Part shown: piece after piece, positions 17,696-25,193 of the stretch
How the letters are laid out: every line of letters begins with the position of its first letter
How positions within the stretch are numbered: the first letter of the stretch is position 1
Notes under the pieces: generated by a model
The model's database searches: none
What the model was told of the DNA's origin: nothing
What the model saw: the letters and a program-made list of their open reading frames with translations, nothing else
Position numbers and translations under genes: made by a program
Assembly: GCA_964590585.1 (NCBI GenBank)
Contig: CAZPYQ010000002.1
Location: 1 to 38,743 of the forward strand
Length of the DNA stretch: 38,743 bases
Direction of reading: 5' to 3'
From: an uncultured Planctomycetia bacterium
GTDB taxonomy: Bacteria > Omnitrophota > Gorgyraeia > 2-01-FULL-45-10 > JAHFGN01

Positions 17696-18943
17696 CTATC
17701 TTTTCAAAATCCTGGCGGGCACGCCCACCACCGTCGAGCCTGGGGCTACGTGCCTCATCTTCGGGATGACGCATCCCGCGCCCACACAGGCGCCCTTCCC
17801 GATCTTTAAAGGGGCGATCAAGATACTTCCGACGCCTATGAAGACCCTGTCGCCTATCACGGTCGTGTTTTTGTCTACGCCGTCGAAATTGGCCGTTATG
17901 GTGCCCGCGCCTATATTCACGTCGGCGCCGACTACCGTATCCCCCAGATAGGTGTGATGTTTTATCTTTGTTTTAGCGCCTACTTTGGTCCGCACGAGTT
18001 CCACGAAATTACCCACCTCCACATCGTCGGCCAGTTCCACGCCGGGCCTTATCCTGGCGAACGGCCCGATCCTGCAGTTTCTGCCTATCTTCACGCCGTT
18101 TTCTATCACGGTATTGGGATATATGATCGAATCTTCCCCGATGGCGACATCGGGTCCTATGACGGTCGTCGAAGGGTCCACGATGGTAACGCCTTTTTCC
18201 ATCAATCGCTCCAATACCATCCCTTTCAGGATACCCGCGGCCTCCGCGAGGTCGCGCCTGGAGTTTATCCCGATTATCGTGCCGGCATTCCTGACGCTCA
18301 CGGATTCTATCGCCACACCCTTCTTGCGAAGCACCGCTATCACATCGGTCAGGAAATACTCCTTCTTCCTGTTATTGCTTTTTATCTCTTCAAGCGACCT
18401 TAAAAGGTCCTCCGCCCTGAAGCAATACGCGCCCACGTTTATCTCAACGATAACCTTTTCGAATATGGAGGCCTCTGTATCTTCTATTATCTTCTCGATA
18501 ACGCCATTTTGGTTTCTGACTATCCTGCCGTATCCGCCCGGGTTTTTCAGTTCCGCCGTCAGGATCGTGGCGCCGCAGCGCGAGGCCTTGTGTTTCTCGA
18601 CCAGCTCCTTTATGGCGGATTTTTCTATGAGGGGCGTGTCACCGCAGACTACGAGTATATCGCCGGAATAACCCTTGAGGGCCCTGCATGCCGTATTGAC
18701 GGCATCGCCGGAGCCTAAGAGTTGCCTCTGTACTACGACCTCTACTCCTTTCAGGGCATCTTTTACGAGTTCTTTTTTATAACCTATGACCGTAAATATC
18801 CTGGAAACGCCGGCGGACCTGACAAGGTCCAGACAATAATTTATCATCGGAACGCCTAAAAGTTCGTGCATGACTTTCGGCAGGGCGGATTTCATCCGCG
18901 TTCCGCGGCCCGCTGCCAGTATAATCGCGACCAGATTTTTCAA
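17696..18943 (-). CDS. glmU: Bifunctional GlcNAc-1-P uridyltransferase / GlcN-1-P acetyltransferase
   Basis: 415 aa with a TTG start and SD AAGGAG. AIILAAGRGTRMKS nucleotidyltransferase loop and C-terminal hexapeptide repeats. Confidence 0.88.
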   Translation of the reverse strand: MKNLVAIILAAGRGTRMKSALPKVMHELLGVPMINYCLDLVRSAGVSRIFTVIGYKKELVKDALKGVEVVVQRQLLGSGDAVNTACRALKGYSGDILVVCGDTPLIEKSAIKELVEKHKASRCGATILTAELKNPGGYGRIVRNQNGVIEKIIEDTEASIFEKVIVEINVGAYCFRAEDLLRSLEEIKSNNRKKEYFLTDVIAVLRKKGVAIESVSVRNAGTIIGINSRRDLAEAAGILKGMVLERLMEKGVTIVDPSTTVIGPDVAIGEDSIIYPNTVIENGVKIGRNCRIGPFARIRPGVELADDVEVGNFVELVRTKVGAKTKIKHHTYLGDTVVGADVNIGAGTITANFDGVDKNTTVIGDRVFIGVGSILIAPLKIGKGACVGAGCVIPKMRHVAPGSTVVGVPARILKR

Positions 18944-19016
18944 CTCCGCTCCTTCTTAAGGTCCTTCGGAAGCTCCCGTTGGTCGCTTCCTCAGGATCAA
19001 ATTTGATCCGCAAATT

Positions 19017-19090
19017 TGGTTGGGACGTCTGGACTCGAACCAGAATACCGAGACCCAAATTCTCGTGTCCTACCGTTGGACGACATCCCA
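19017..19090 (-). tRNA. tRNA-Gln (anticodon UUG), CCA encoded
   Basis: Hand-folded cloverleaf, 74 nt. Acceptor TGGGATG/CGTCCCA with the U1-A72 pair typical of bacterial tRNA-Gln. D arm GTCC-AACGGTA-GGAC. Anticodon arm CGAGA-ATTTGGG-TCTCG. T arm TCTGG-TTCGAGT-CCAGA. Discriminator A followed by CCA. Confidence 0.9.
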
Positions 19091-19096
19091 ATATTC

Positions 19097-19145
19097 GTAA
19101 CCGGTAATATTGGCTTCTGTTCTCTGGCTACCGGTTTCCGGTTAC
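19097..19145. repeat. Heptamer array, GTAACCR/GAAACCR family, palindromic ends
   Basis: GTAACCG GTAATAT TGGCTTC TGTTCTC TGGCTAC CGGTTTC CGGTTAC. It lies between the spoVG stop and tRNA-Gln. Confidence 0.8.
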
Positions 19146-19156
19146 TAGCTCTTGGG

Positions 19157-19642
19157 CTATAACTCTATGTCGTTCTCGCCTTCCAGATCATCGCTGACCG
19201 GGTATTGCTTCTCTGGTTCCGCCGCGCCCCTGACCGGGGTTGCTGAAGGCCTGGATTTCGGCGCCCTCGCCTCCGCTTCATACGCGCTCAGCACCTTTTT
19301 TTGTATATATTCCCTGCATTCGATAGTTATCGGATGCGCTATGTCCCTGTGCTCTGACTGGTGGGAGACATATTCTCCCGAAACCGGCGGTTTAGGCGCC
19401 GGCGGCGGAAGGTTCGCGCCGCACTGGTTGCAGAACTTGCTCCTTACGGTGTTCCTGAATCCGCACTTAGGGCAGGGGTCCTTAAGCTTTCTGGAGGGCA
19501 TGGCCACGAAGAGCCCTTTATTGCCTTCTATCACTTTCACGTTTCTGACCACAAAAGCGTTGTCGATTGTGATTGTCGCATACGCCTTGAGTTTCTTATC
19601 CTGTCCTTCCTTCAAGAAGATTCTGACTTCTGTGATCTCCAT
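19157..19642 (-). CDS. spoVG: SpoVG family protein with an inserted CxxC...CxxC zinc ribbon and a C-terminal low-complexity tail
   Basis: MEITEVRIFL...VVRNVKVIEGNKGLFVAMPSRK and RDIAHPI are the SpoVG core. About 45 aa (DPCPKCGFRNTVRSKFCNQCGANLPPPAPKPP...) are inserted between them. Confidence 0.85.
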   Translation of the reverse strand: MEITEVRIFLKEGQDKKLKAYATITIDNAFVVRNVKVIEGNKGLFVAMPSRKLKDPCPKCGFRNTVRSKFCNQCGANLPPPAPKPPVSGEYVSHQSEHRDIAHPITIECREYIQKKVLSAYEAEARAPKSRPSATPVRGAAEPEKQYPVSDDLEGENDIEL

Positions 19643-19662
19643 GCTATCCTACTCCTTATTTT

Positions 19663-20664
19663 TTACGAGAGTGTCCTGACGACGAAGATTTTCCAGCCCT
19701 TCCTTTCGCGGGGAAGGAAACTGCGCAATACCGTATCTCTAGCTATCAAAGCCTCCTTTCTTCCCTTTAATAAACAAAATACGCTCGGTCCGCTACCTGA
19801 GATCATACAACTGGTCTCCAATGCCTCGGCCAAGCGTTCTATTATATCTTTTATATCCGGCCTCACACTTATAGCCGCTTCTTGCAGGTCATTATGGAGT
19901 ATACTGTCCGGCTTAAACACGCTTCTCTTTAGGATAAAGGCGGGGTATATTTTATCGCCTAAACCAGTGTTTGTCAAGTCCCGAACTTTGCCTCTATGAC
20001 TTGACCCTGCAGCCCAGTTTACAGGGGGGGTCAAGTCCCGAACTTTGCCTCTATGACTTGACCCTGCAACCGAGTTTGCGCGGGGGGTCAAGCCTCTAAG
20101 TTCGTCAAACCTGTCATACACATCCTTCGTGCTTAAAGAGAAACCCGGCCATATAAGAAGGTGATGGAAGGACTTTCCGCCTCTAATAGGCCTTATGATA
20201 TCGCCCCTGCCGGAACCCAGGGCAAAAGTGGCGCCTGAGAGGAAAAACGGGACATCTGCCCCTATCCTCCCTCCAAGGTCATAGAGCTCATTTTTTGACA
20301 ATTTAAGGCCCAATAACCTGTTTATGCCTACCAATGCGCCTGCGGCGTCAGAGCTGCCGCCTCCCAACCCGCCGGCCAGCGGAATATTCTTCTCTATAAA
20401 GATATCCACCCCTTCGCCGGAGCCGGAGTAATCCAAAATAGCCCTTGCCGCCCTGTAAACCAGATTGTCTTCCGCCTTTCTGGTGATAGGTACGCTGGAT
20501 GAGACCTTTATGCCTTTATCCAGACGCCCGATACAAATCTCATCGGCGAGGCCTATCCGCTCAAAGATCGTCACTATATCATGATAACCGTCTTCTCTTC
20601 TATTAAGAACTTTTAAGCTAAGGTTTACTTTGGCCGGCGCAGTGATGTGGATATGTCGGAGCAT
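19663..20664 (-). CDS. ispE: 4-diphosphocytidyl-2-C-methyl-D-erythritol kinase
   Basis: GHMP kinase with APAKVNLSLKV and PLAGGLGGGSSDAAG. I place the start at ATG 20664 (MLRHIHITAPAK); the track GTG start at 20697 lies in a repeat array. The gene carries an in-frame repeat insertion. Confidence 0.85.
   Translation of the reverse strand: MLRHIHITAPAKVNLSLKVLNRREDGYHDIVTIFERIGLADEICIGRLDKGIKVSSSVPITRKAEDNLVYRAARAILDYSGSGEGVDIFIEKNIPLAGGLGGGSSDAAGALVGINRLLGLKLSKNELYDLGGRIGADVPFFLSGATFALGSGRGDIIRPIRGGKSFHHLLIWPGFSLSTKDVYDRFDELRGLTPRANSVAGSSHRGKVRDLTPPVNWAAGSSHRGKVRDLTNTGLGDKIYPAFILKRSVFKPDSILHNDLQEAAISVRPDIKDIIERLAEALETSCMISGSGPSVFCLLKGRKEALIARDTVLRSFLPRERKGWKIFVVRTLS
19973..20092. repeat. 57-bp tandem repeat (2 copies plus 6 nt of a third) inside ispE, each copy holding an 8-10 bp inverted repeat
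   Basis: Copies at 19973-20029 and 20030-20086. The first 39 nt are identical (GTCAAGTCCCGAACTTTGCCTCTATGACTTGACCCTGCA) and the last 18 nt are about 70% identical. GGGTCAAGTC...GACTTGACCC forms the hairpin. 57 nt equals 19 codons, giving GSSHRGKVRDLT twice. Confidence 0.9.
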
Positions 20665-20677
20665 AGAAATAGGATTA

Positions 20678-20712
20678 GTAACCAGAAACCGGAGCACAGA
20701 AACCAGAAAAAT
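20678..20712. repeat. Heptamer array, GTAACCR/GAAACCR family
   Basis: GTAACCA GAAACCG GAGCACA GAAACCA GAAAAAT. It lies between the transketolase-C stop and the ispE start. Confidence 0.75.
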
Positions 20713-21683
20713 TATCTTTTCTTGAGGCTTATTGCTTTCTTAGCGGCTTTTACTATATCGTGTTCTGTAAGATTAAAATACCTGAAGAGTTCGTCCGATT
20801 CCCCAGAGACGCCGAACCTGTCTCTCACCCCGACCATCCGTACGGGGACAGGGCACTCCTCCGCCAGCACCTCGGAGACAGCGCTGCCCATACCGCCAAG
20901 GACCGTGTGCTCCTCGGCGGTCACGATGCATCCCGTCTTACGCGCCGATTCCGCTATCGCCTCTTTATCGATCGGCTTAGGGGTATGGAGGTTGACGAGC
21001 CTTGGCCTTATGCCTTCCTTTTCCAGGGTATCGCATGCCTTGATGGCCTCCCAGACCATGTGGCCGCACGCGATTATGGCCACGTCGCCTCCTTCCCTTA
21101 AGACATTGGCCTTGCCTATCTTAAATACGCCGTTTTCGGCGCTTACCGCAGGAACTGCGTTCCTGCCGAACCTCAAGTACACCGGCCCGTCGATATCCGC
21201 GGCTTCCATGGTAGCCTTCCGCGCTTCTATGGCGTCGGCCGGGACCACGATCTTCATGTTTGGAAGTATCCTCATGAGCGCTATCTCTTCCAGCGCCTGA
21301 TGCGTGGCGCCGTCAGGGCCAACCGATATGCCGCCATGAGAACCGACTATCTTCACATTAAGGTCCATGTAGGATACCGAGACCCTCACCTGGTCCCATG
21401 CCCGGCCGCTCGCGAAGACGCCGAATGTACACGCAAAGGGTATCTTACCCATAAGGCTGAGGCCCGCGGCGGTACCTATCATGTCCTGTTCCGCCACGCC
21501 CATCGAGAAGAACCTTTCCGGATATTCCTTTTTGAACCAGCCTGCCCTCGTGGAATCGGTCAGGTCCGCCGAAAGTACGACTATTTTTTTGTTCGTCTTA
21601 CCCAGTTCCAGAAGCGCCTTCCCGAACCCATCCCTTGTCGGAGACTTGGGCATATTTCCAGATTTTGGATTTTGGTTTGTCAT
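20712..21683 (-). CDS. Transketolase, C-terminal (pyrimidine-binding + C-terminal domain) subunit
   Basis: 323 aa. TRDGFGKALLELG and FSMGVAEQDMIGTAAGL are typical of the B subunit of split transketolases. Confidence 0.88.
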   Translation of the reverse strand: MTNQNPKSGNMPKSPTRDGFGKALLELGKTNKKIVVLSADLTDSTRAGWFKKEYPERFFSMGVAEQDMIGTAAGLSLMGKIPFACTFGVFASGRAWDQVRVSVSYMDLNVKIVGSHGGISVGPDGATHQALEEIALMRILPNMKIVVPADAIEARKATMEAADIDGPVYLRFGRNAVPAVSAENGVFKIGKANVLREGGDVAIIACGHMVWEAIKACDTLEKEGIRPRLVNLHTPKPIDKEAIAESARKTGCIVTAEEHTVLGGMGSAVSEVLAEECPVPVRMVGVRDRFGVSGESDELFRYFNLTEHDIVKAAKKAISLKKR

Positions 21684-21696
21684 TTTGATTTTTTAA

Positions 21697-22710
21697 CTAA
21701 ACTCCTATTTGCGACGCGCCTAATATGTCCTCGAATTTCAGTTTCTTAAGCCTGTAATTCTCGATATCCTCTTTTGATACCCTGACGACCATGCTCTCTT
21801 TTTGATCCACGATATCGACATAGTCGTATTCCGTGAAGCGGTATGCGTGCATTACATGCGAGACTATGTCTATCACCTTTTTCAAGACGGCGTCGGGCAT
21901 CCTGTCGCTTGATGCCGCGATATCCTTGGCCGCGGCATTTACTTCAAACACAAAAAAACGTTCCGGCGGGCTTGTCCTGTATGACCCCTTGGACGACCTT
22001 ATGGAAAAATTATTGTACAATGCCTTGTCGTTCTTAAATTCCAGCTTGATCCTGGAGGGTATCTGTTCCGCGAGAAATTCCGAGTGGGTTATGTCTTTCA
22101 AGTAAAATTTGTTGTTCCAATAACCGATGTCGGCCAGATCCGAGGGTTCGGTCCTGAAGAAGTCGTCCATGACATCTTCCTGCCATTTCGGGTCCAGTTT
22201 CATCTTCTCGAATATCTCTTTTATCGCCTTCTCCTTCTGCGCCTGGGGAGAGAGGCGCATGTCCACTATCATCCTCTTGGAATATTCGCCCCTTGATACG
22301 TCGCTCAACAAAAACCTCTTCACGTCATCGATCGATTTTATGATGATGATCTGTATCTCCGGGATCCTGACGTCGTGGGCTATTATGCAATAATAATCGA
22401 ACCTGGCGTCCGTGGATATGGCGACCCTCGTCACGCTCAATATGACGTCGTTTATCTTCTCGCTGGCCGTCTTCGATATGGCGAACGTGAAATCGATGAG
22501 GTCGTTTAAGGGTATATATATGCCTATCGTCTTGCCTACGGCCGTCACCTTGACGTCTATATTATATTCCTTTTTACAAAGATCGATTATCGATTCCGTG
22601 GTGCGTTCCTTGGGATACGTATAGCCGCAGCCTGTGAAAAGAAAAGCCGCCAGTAACCAAAAACCGGTAACCAGAAACAAGGAAGGTCTTAACCTTTTAT
22701 CGCGTCTCAA
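21697..22710 (-). CDS. Hypothetical lipoprotein
   Basis: 337 aa with a TTG start. Basic n-region RRDKRLR, hydrophobic core and lipobox LFTGC. I recognise no domain. The start overlaps the upstream ftsH-like stop by 14 nt. Confidence 0.6.
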   Translation of the reverse strand: MRRDKRLRPSLFLVTGFWLLAAFLFTGCGYTYPKERTTESIIDLCKKEYNIDVKVTAVGKTIGIYIPLNDLIDFTFAISKTASEKINDVILSVTRVAISTDARFDYYCIIAHDVRIPEIQIIIIKSIDDVKRFLLSDVSRGEYSKRMIVDMRLSPQAQKEKAIKEIFEKMKLDPKWQEDVMDDFFRTEPSDLADIGYWNNKFYLKDITHSEFLAEQIPSRIKLEFKNDKALYNNFSIRSSKGSYRTSPPERFFVFEVNAAAKDIAASSDRMPDAVLKKVIDIVSHVMHAYRFTEYDYVDIVDQKESMVVRVSKEDIENYRLKKLKFEDILGASQIGV

Positions 22711-24313
22711 GCTGGTGTTTTCCGTATTCTTTGAATATCGCCTCTATCTCGTCATAGTCGAGCTCTTCCCTCTCCAGAAGCTCTTTCACGAACCTGGCCA
22801 GGACCTCCTTCTCCCTGGAGAGGAGGTCCTCGACGTCTTTAAGGCACTTCTGGAATATCTTGTTCGTCTCATCGTTAAGGGCCTGCTTCACCTTCTCCGA
22901 AAGCTGGGTCTCCGGTATCGACGAGAAATCTCCTATCAGCCCCGCGTCGTTCATGCCCAACGACCATACCATCATGTGGGCCACCATCATCGCCTGTTTG
23001 AAATCCATCGAAACGCCGCTCGATGTCGTGCCGAAACGCATCTTCTCCCCCACAAAACCTCCAAGGGATACCTTTATGTCGGCCAGAAGCGCCTCCTTTG
23101 ACTTCGTGAAGACCTCCTCGCGGGGATGGTGGTGCACCACCCCGAGCGATTCGCGCCTGCCTATTATCGAGGCCTTGAAGACGTCGTCTGTGGGATGCAG
23201 CATATACAAGACTATCAGGTGTCCGCTCTCGTGGTATGCGACCATCTCTTTTTCCCTTGCCGTCATGTGGCGCCTGTGTTTCAGGCCCATCTCGATACGC
23301 TCTATCGCCTCGGAGATGTGTCTGAATTCTACGGCGTCCTTGCCATCCCTGGTAGCTATCAAAACGGATTCTTTTACTATATTTTCTATCTCGGCCGGGG
23401 TCTTGTATACGGCCTTCCTGGACAGTTTGGAGATATCCAGCGACGTCTTGTCATATTTAACCTTGTTAAAATAATACGCGAATATCTTCTCCCTCTCTTC
23501 CAGGTTCGGCCGGTCTATATAAAGTTTCCTGTCAAACCTGCCCGGCCGGAGGAGCGCCGCGTCGAGATTAATCTCCGGAGCGTTCGTCGCGCCTATCACT
23601 ATCACGTTCTCGTCTTTCTCCTGCAGACCGTCCATCTCCGCGAGGAGCTGGTTTTGCGTTGAATTGGTCTCTTCCGTACCGCCGAAGACGCTGAAGACCC
23701 TCTTCCTGGCTATGGCGTCAAGTTCGTCGATGAAGACGATACAGCCGCCGTAGCCGTAGGCGAGCTCTCTCGCCTTTTTAAAGAGCCTCCTTACCCTTGA
23801 CGCGCCGACTCCGACGAATATCTCGACGAATTCGCTTCCGGACATGGAGAGGAACGGTATCCTCGCTTCCGTCGCCACCGCCTTGGCCAGATACGTCTTG
23901 CCGCAGCCCGGAGGGCCTATCATGAGGATGCCGCGCAGTATCTTCCCGCCAACCTGCTTGACCTTGGCCCTGTCCTTTATGAGCTGTATGACCTCCCACG
24001 CCTCGCGTTTCGCCTCATCCATGCCGATGACGTCGTCCCACTTGATGTTGACGAGTTCCCCTTTTATCTTCGCCTTGGATACCTTCGCCAGCCCCCCCTG
24101 CATGAACATCATGTACATGAAGACGAATATAGTGGCGTTTAAGGCAACCATGATAAGGTTTATCGGCATGGTCGCCAGGGTTATGTTCCTGTAGAAACTC
24201 TCGAGCGACATGAGCCCCCAGACCGCGAGTATCACGACCAGTATTATGACCAGTACTATAACGAACCTTATCCAGTACATCTTCCAGTACATCTTAAACT
24301 TGCGTGGTAACAT
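22697..24313 (-). CDS. FtsH-family AAA+ zinc metalloprotease, short form without a periplasmic domain
   Basis: 538 aa. Two closely spaced TM helices, Walker A GPPGCGKT, pore loop [10 protein letters not shown], Walker [33 protein letters not shown], and the M41 motif HESGH. Confidence 0.85.
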   Translation of the reverse strand: MLPRKFKMYWKMYWIRFVIVLVIILVVILAVWGLMSLESFYRNITLATMPINLIMVALNATIFVFMYMMFMQGGLAKVSKAKIKGELVNIKWDDVIGMDEAKREAWEVIQLIKDRAKVKQVGGKILRGILMIGPPGCGKTYLAKAVATEARIPFLSMSGSEFVEIFVGVGASRVRRLFKKARELAYGYGGCIVFIDELDAIARKRVFSVFGGTEETNSTQNQLLAEMDGLQEKDENVIVIGATNAPEINLDAALLRPGRFDRKLYIDRPNLEEREKIFAYYFNKVKYDKTSLDISKLSRKAVYKTPAEIENIVKESVLIATRDGKDAVEFRHISEAIERIEMGLKHRRHMTAREKEMVAYHESGHLIVLYMLHPTDDVFKASIIGRRESLGVVHHHPREEVFTKSKEALLADIKVSLGGFVGEKMRFGTTSSGVSMDFKQAMMVAHMMVWSLGMNDAGLIGDFSSIPETQLSEKVKQALNDETNKIFQKCLKDVEDLLSREKEVLARFVKELLEREELDYDEIEAIFKEYGKHQLETR

Positions 24314-24356
24314 TTGACACCTCGTGTAATAGCTGTATTATTTTAAAGTTTACGGC

Positions 24357-25193
24357 TCATAGTTTTTTCAGCGCCTCGTCCAACTCCAGGATCGCGCGTT
24401 CGTACTCTGCCTGTTTCGGCGCGATGCCGTGCCACTCCACCTTCTTTTCCACAAACGAAACGCCTTTACCCTTCACGGTGCGGGCGATGATGCAGGTGGG
24501 CCTGTCCCTGACGGCGGAGGCGGCGTCAAGCGCGTCCATCATCTCCCCGATATCGTGGCCGTCCGTCTCTATCGCGTTCCATCCGAAGCTCTCCCACTTC
24601 TTCCTGTATTCGCCCATATCCTTGACCTTGCAGCAGAAATCGTCTATCTGCAGTTCATTATAATCGATTATACCGCATACGGAGGAGAGCTTGTAATGGC
24701 TGGCGGTCATCGCCGCCTCCCACACCTGCCCCTCATTGGTCTCGCCGTCGCCCATTATGCAGTAGACCTTTATATCCAATTTATCTATTCTCGCTCCGAG
24801 CGCTATGCCGTTAGCTATCGAGAGCCCCTGCCCAAGCGAACCGCTCGAGGCCTCGATCCCGGGAAGCCCCAGTTGCGGATGGCCCTGCAGCGGGCTGCCG
24901 AGTTTTCTTAAACCCCATAACTTATCTTTAGGAAAATAACCGCAATCCGCAAGGACGGCATAGAGGGCCGGACATCCATGGCCTTTCGACAGTATCACCC
25001 TGTCACGAGACACCAGGAGAGGGTTCTTAGGATCGTGGTTCAGCTTATAATAATATAACGAAAGGAGTATCTCGACCAGAGACAAGCTTCCGCCCGTGTG
25101 GCCCGAACCGGCCAGAGTCAGCATCTTAAGGATGTCTTTCCTTATCCCAACGGCCTTCTTCTTCAGTTCCGGTATATCCGGCTTATTGCTCAT
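24357..25193 (-). CDS. Transketolase, N-terminal (TPP-binding) subunit
   Basis: 278 aa. SGHTGGSLS, LSKGHGCPALYA, and GDGETNEGQVWEA (GDG-x-N TPP motif). Confidence 0.88.
   Translation of the reverse strand: MSNKPDIPELKKKAVGIRKDILKMLTLAGSGHTGGSLSLVEILLSLYYYKLNHDPKNPLLVSRDRVILSKGHGCPALYAVLADCGYFPKDKLWGLRKLGSPLQGHPQLGLPGIEASSGSLGQGLSIANGIALGARIDKLDIKVYCIMGDGETNEGQVWEAAMTASHYKLSSVCGIIDYNELQIDDFCCKVKDMGEYRKKWESFGWNAIETDGHDIGEMMDALDAASAVRDRPTCIIARTVKGKGVSFVEKKVEWHGIAPKQAEYERAILELDEALKKL

Noticed and set aside
17985-18671. Long plus-strand ORFs antisense to real genes. This one is 228 aa opposite glmU. Others are 6766-7383, 20647-21300, 22860-23474, 28979-29656, 31909-32580 and 35895-36518.
   Set aside because: Each lies fully inside a minus-strand gene with clear family motifs. 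Their translations are low-complexity (Ser/Pro/Ala/Arg-rich), have no recognisable motifs and lack an SD. They are typical shadow ORFs.
18777-19091. 104-aa minus-strand ORF.
   Set aside because: It overlaps the tRNA-Gln gene and the glmU 5' end, and it is a basic low-complexity translation.
19973-20092. Possible mini CRISPR array (57-bp periodicity with a palindromic core).
   Set aside because: There are only two units. The 'spacer' parts are homologous to each other (13 of 18 identical). The whole stretch is in frame inside ispE, and no cas genes are present.
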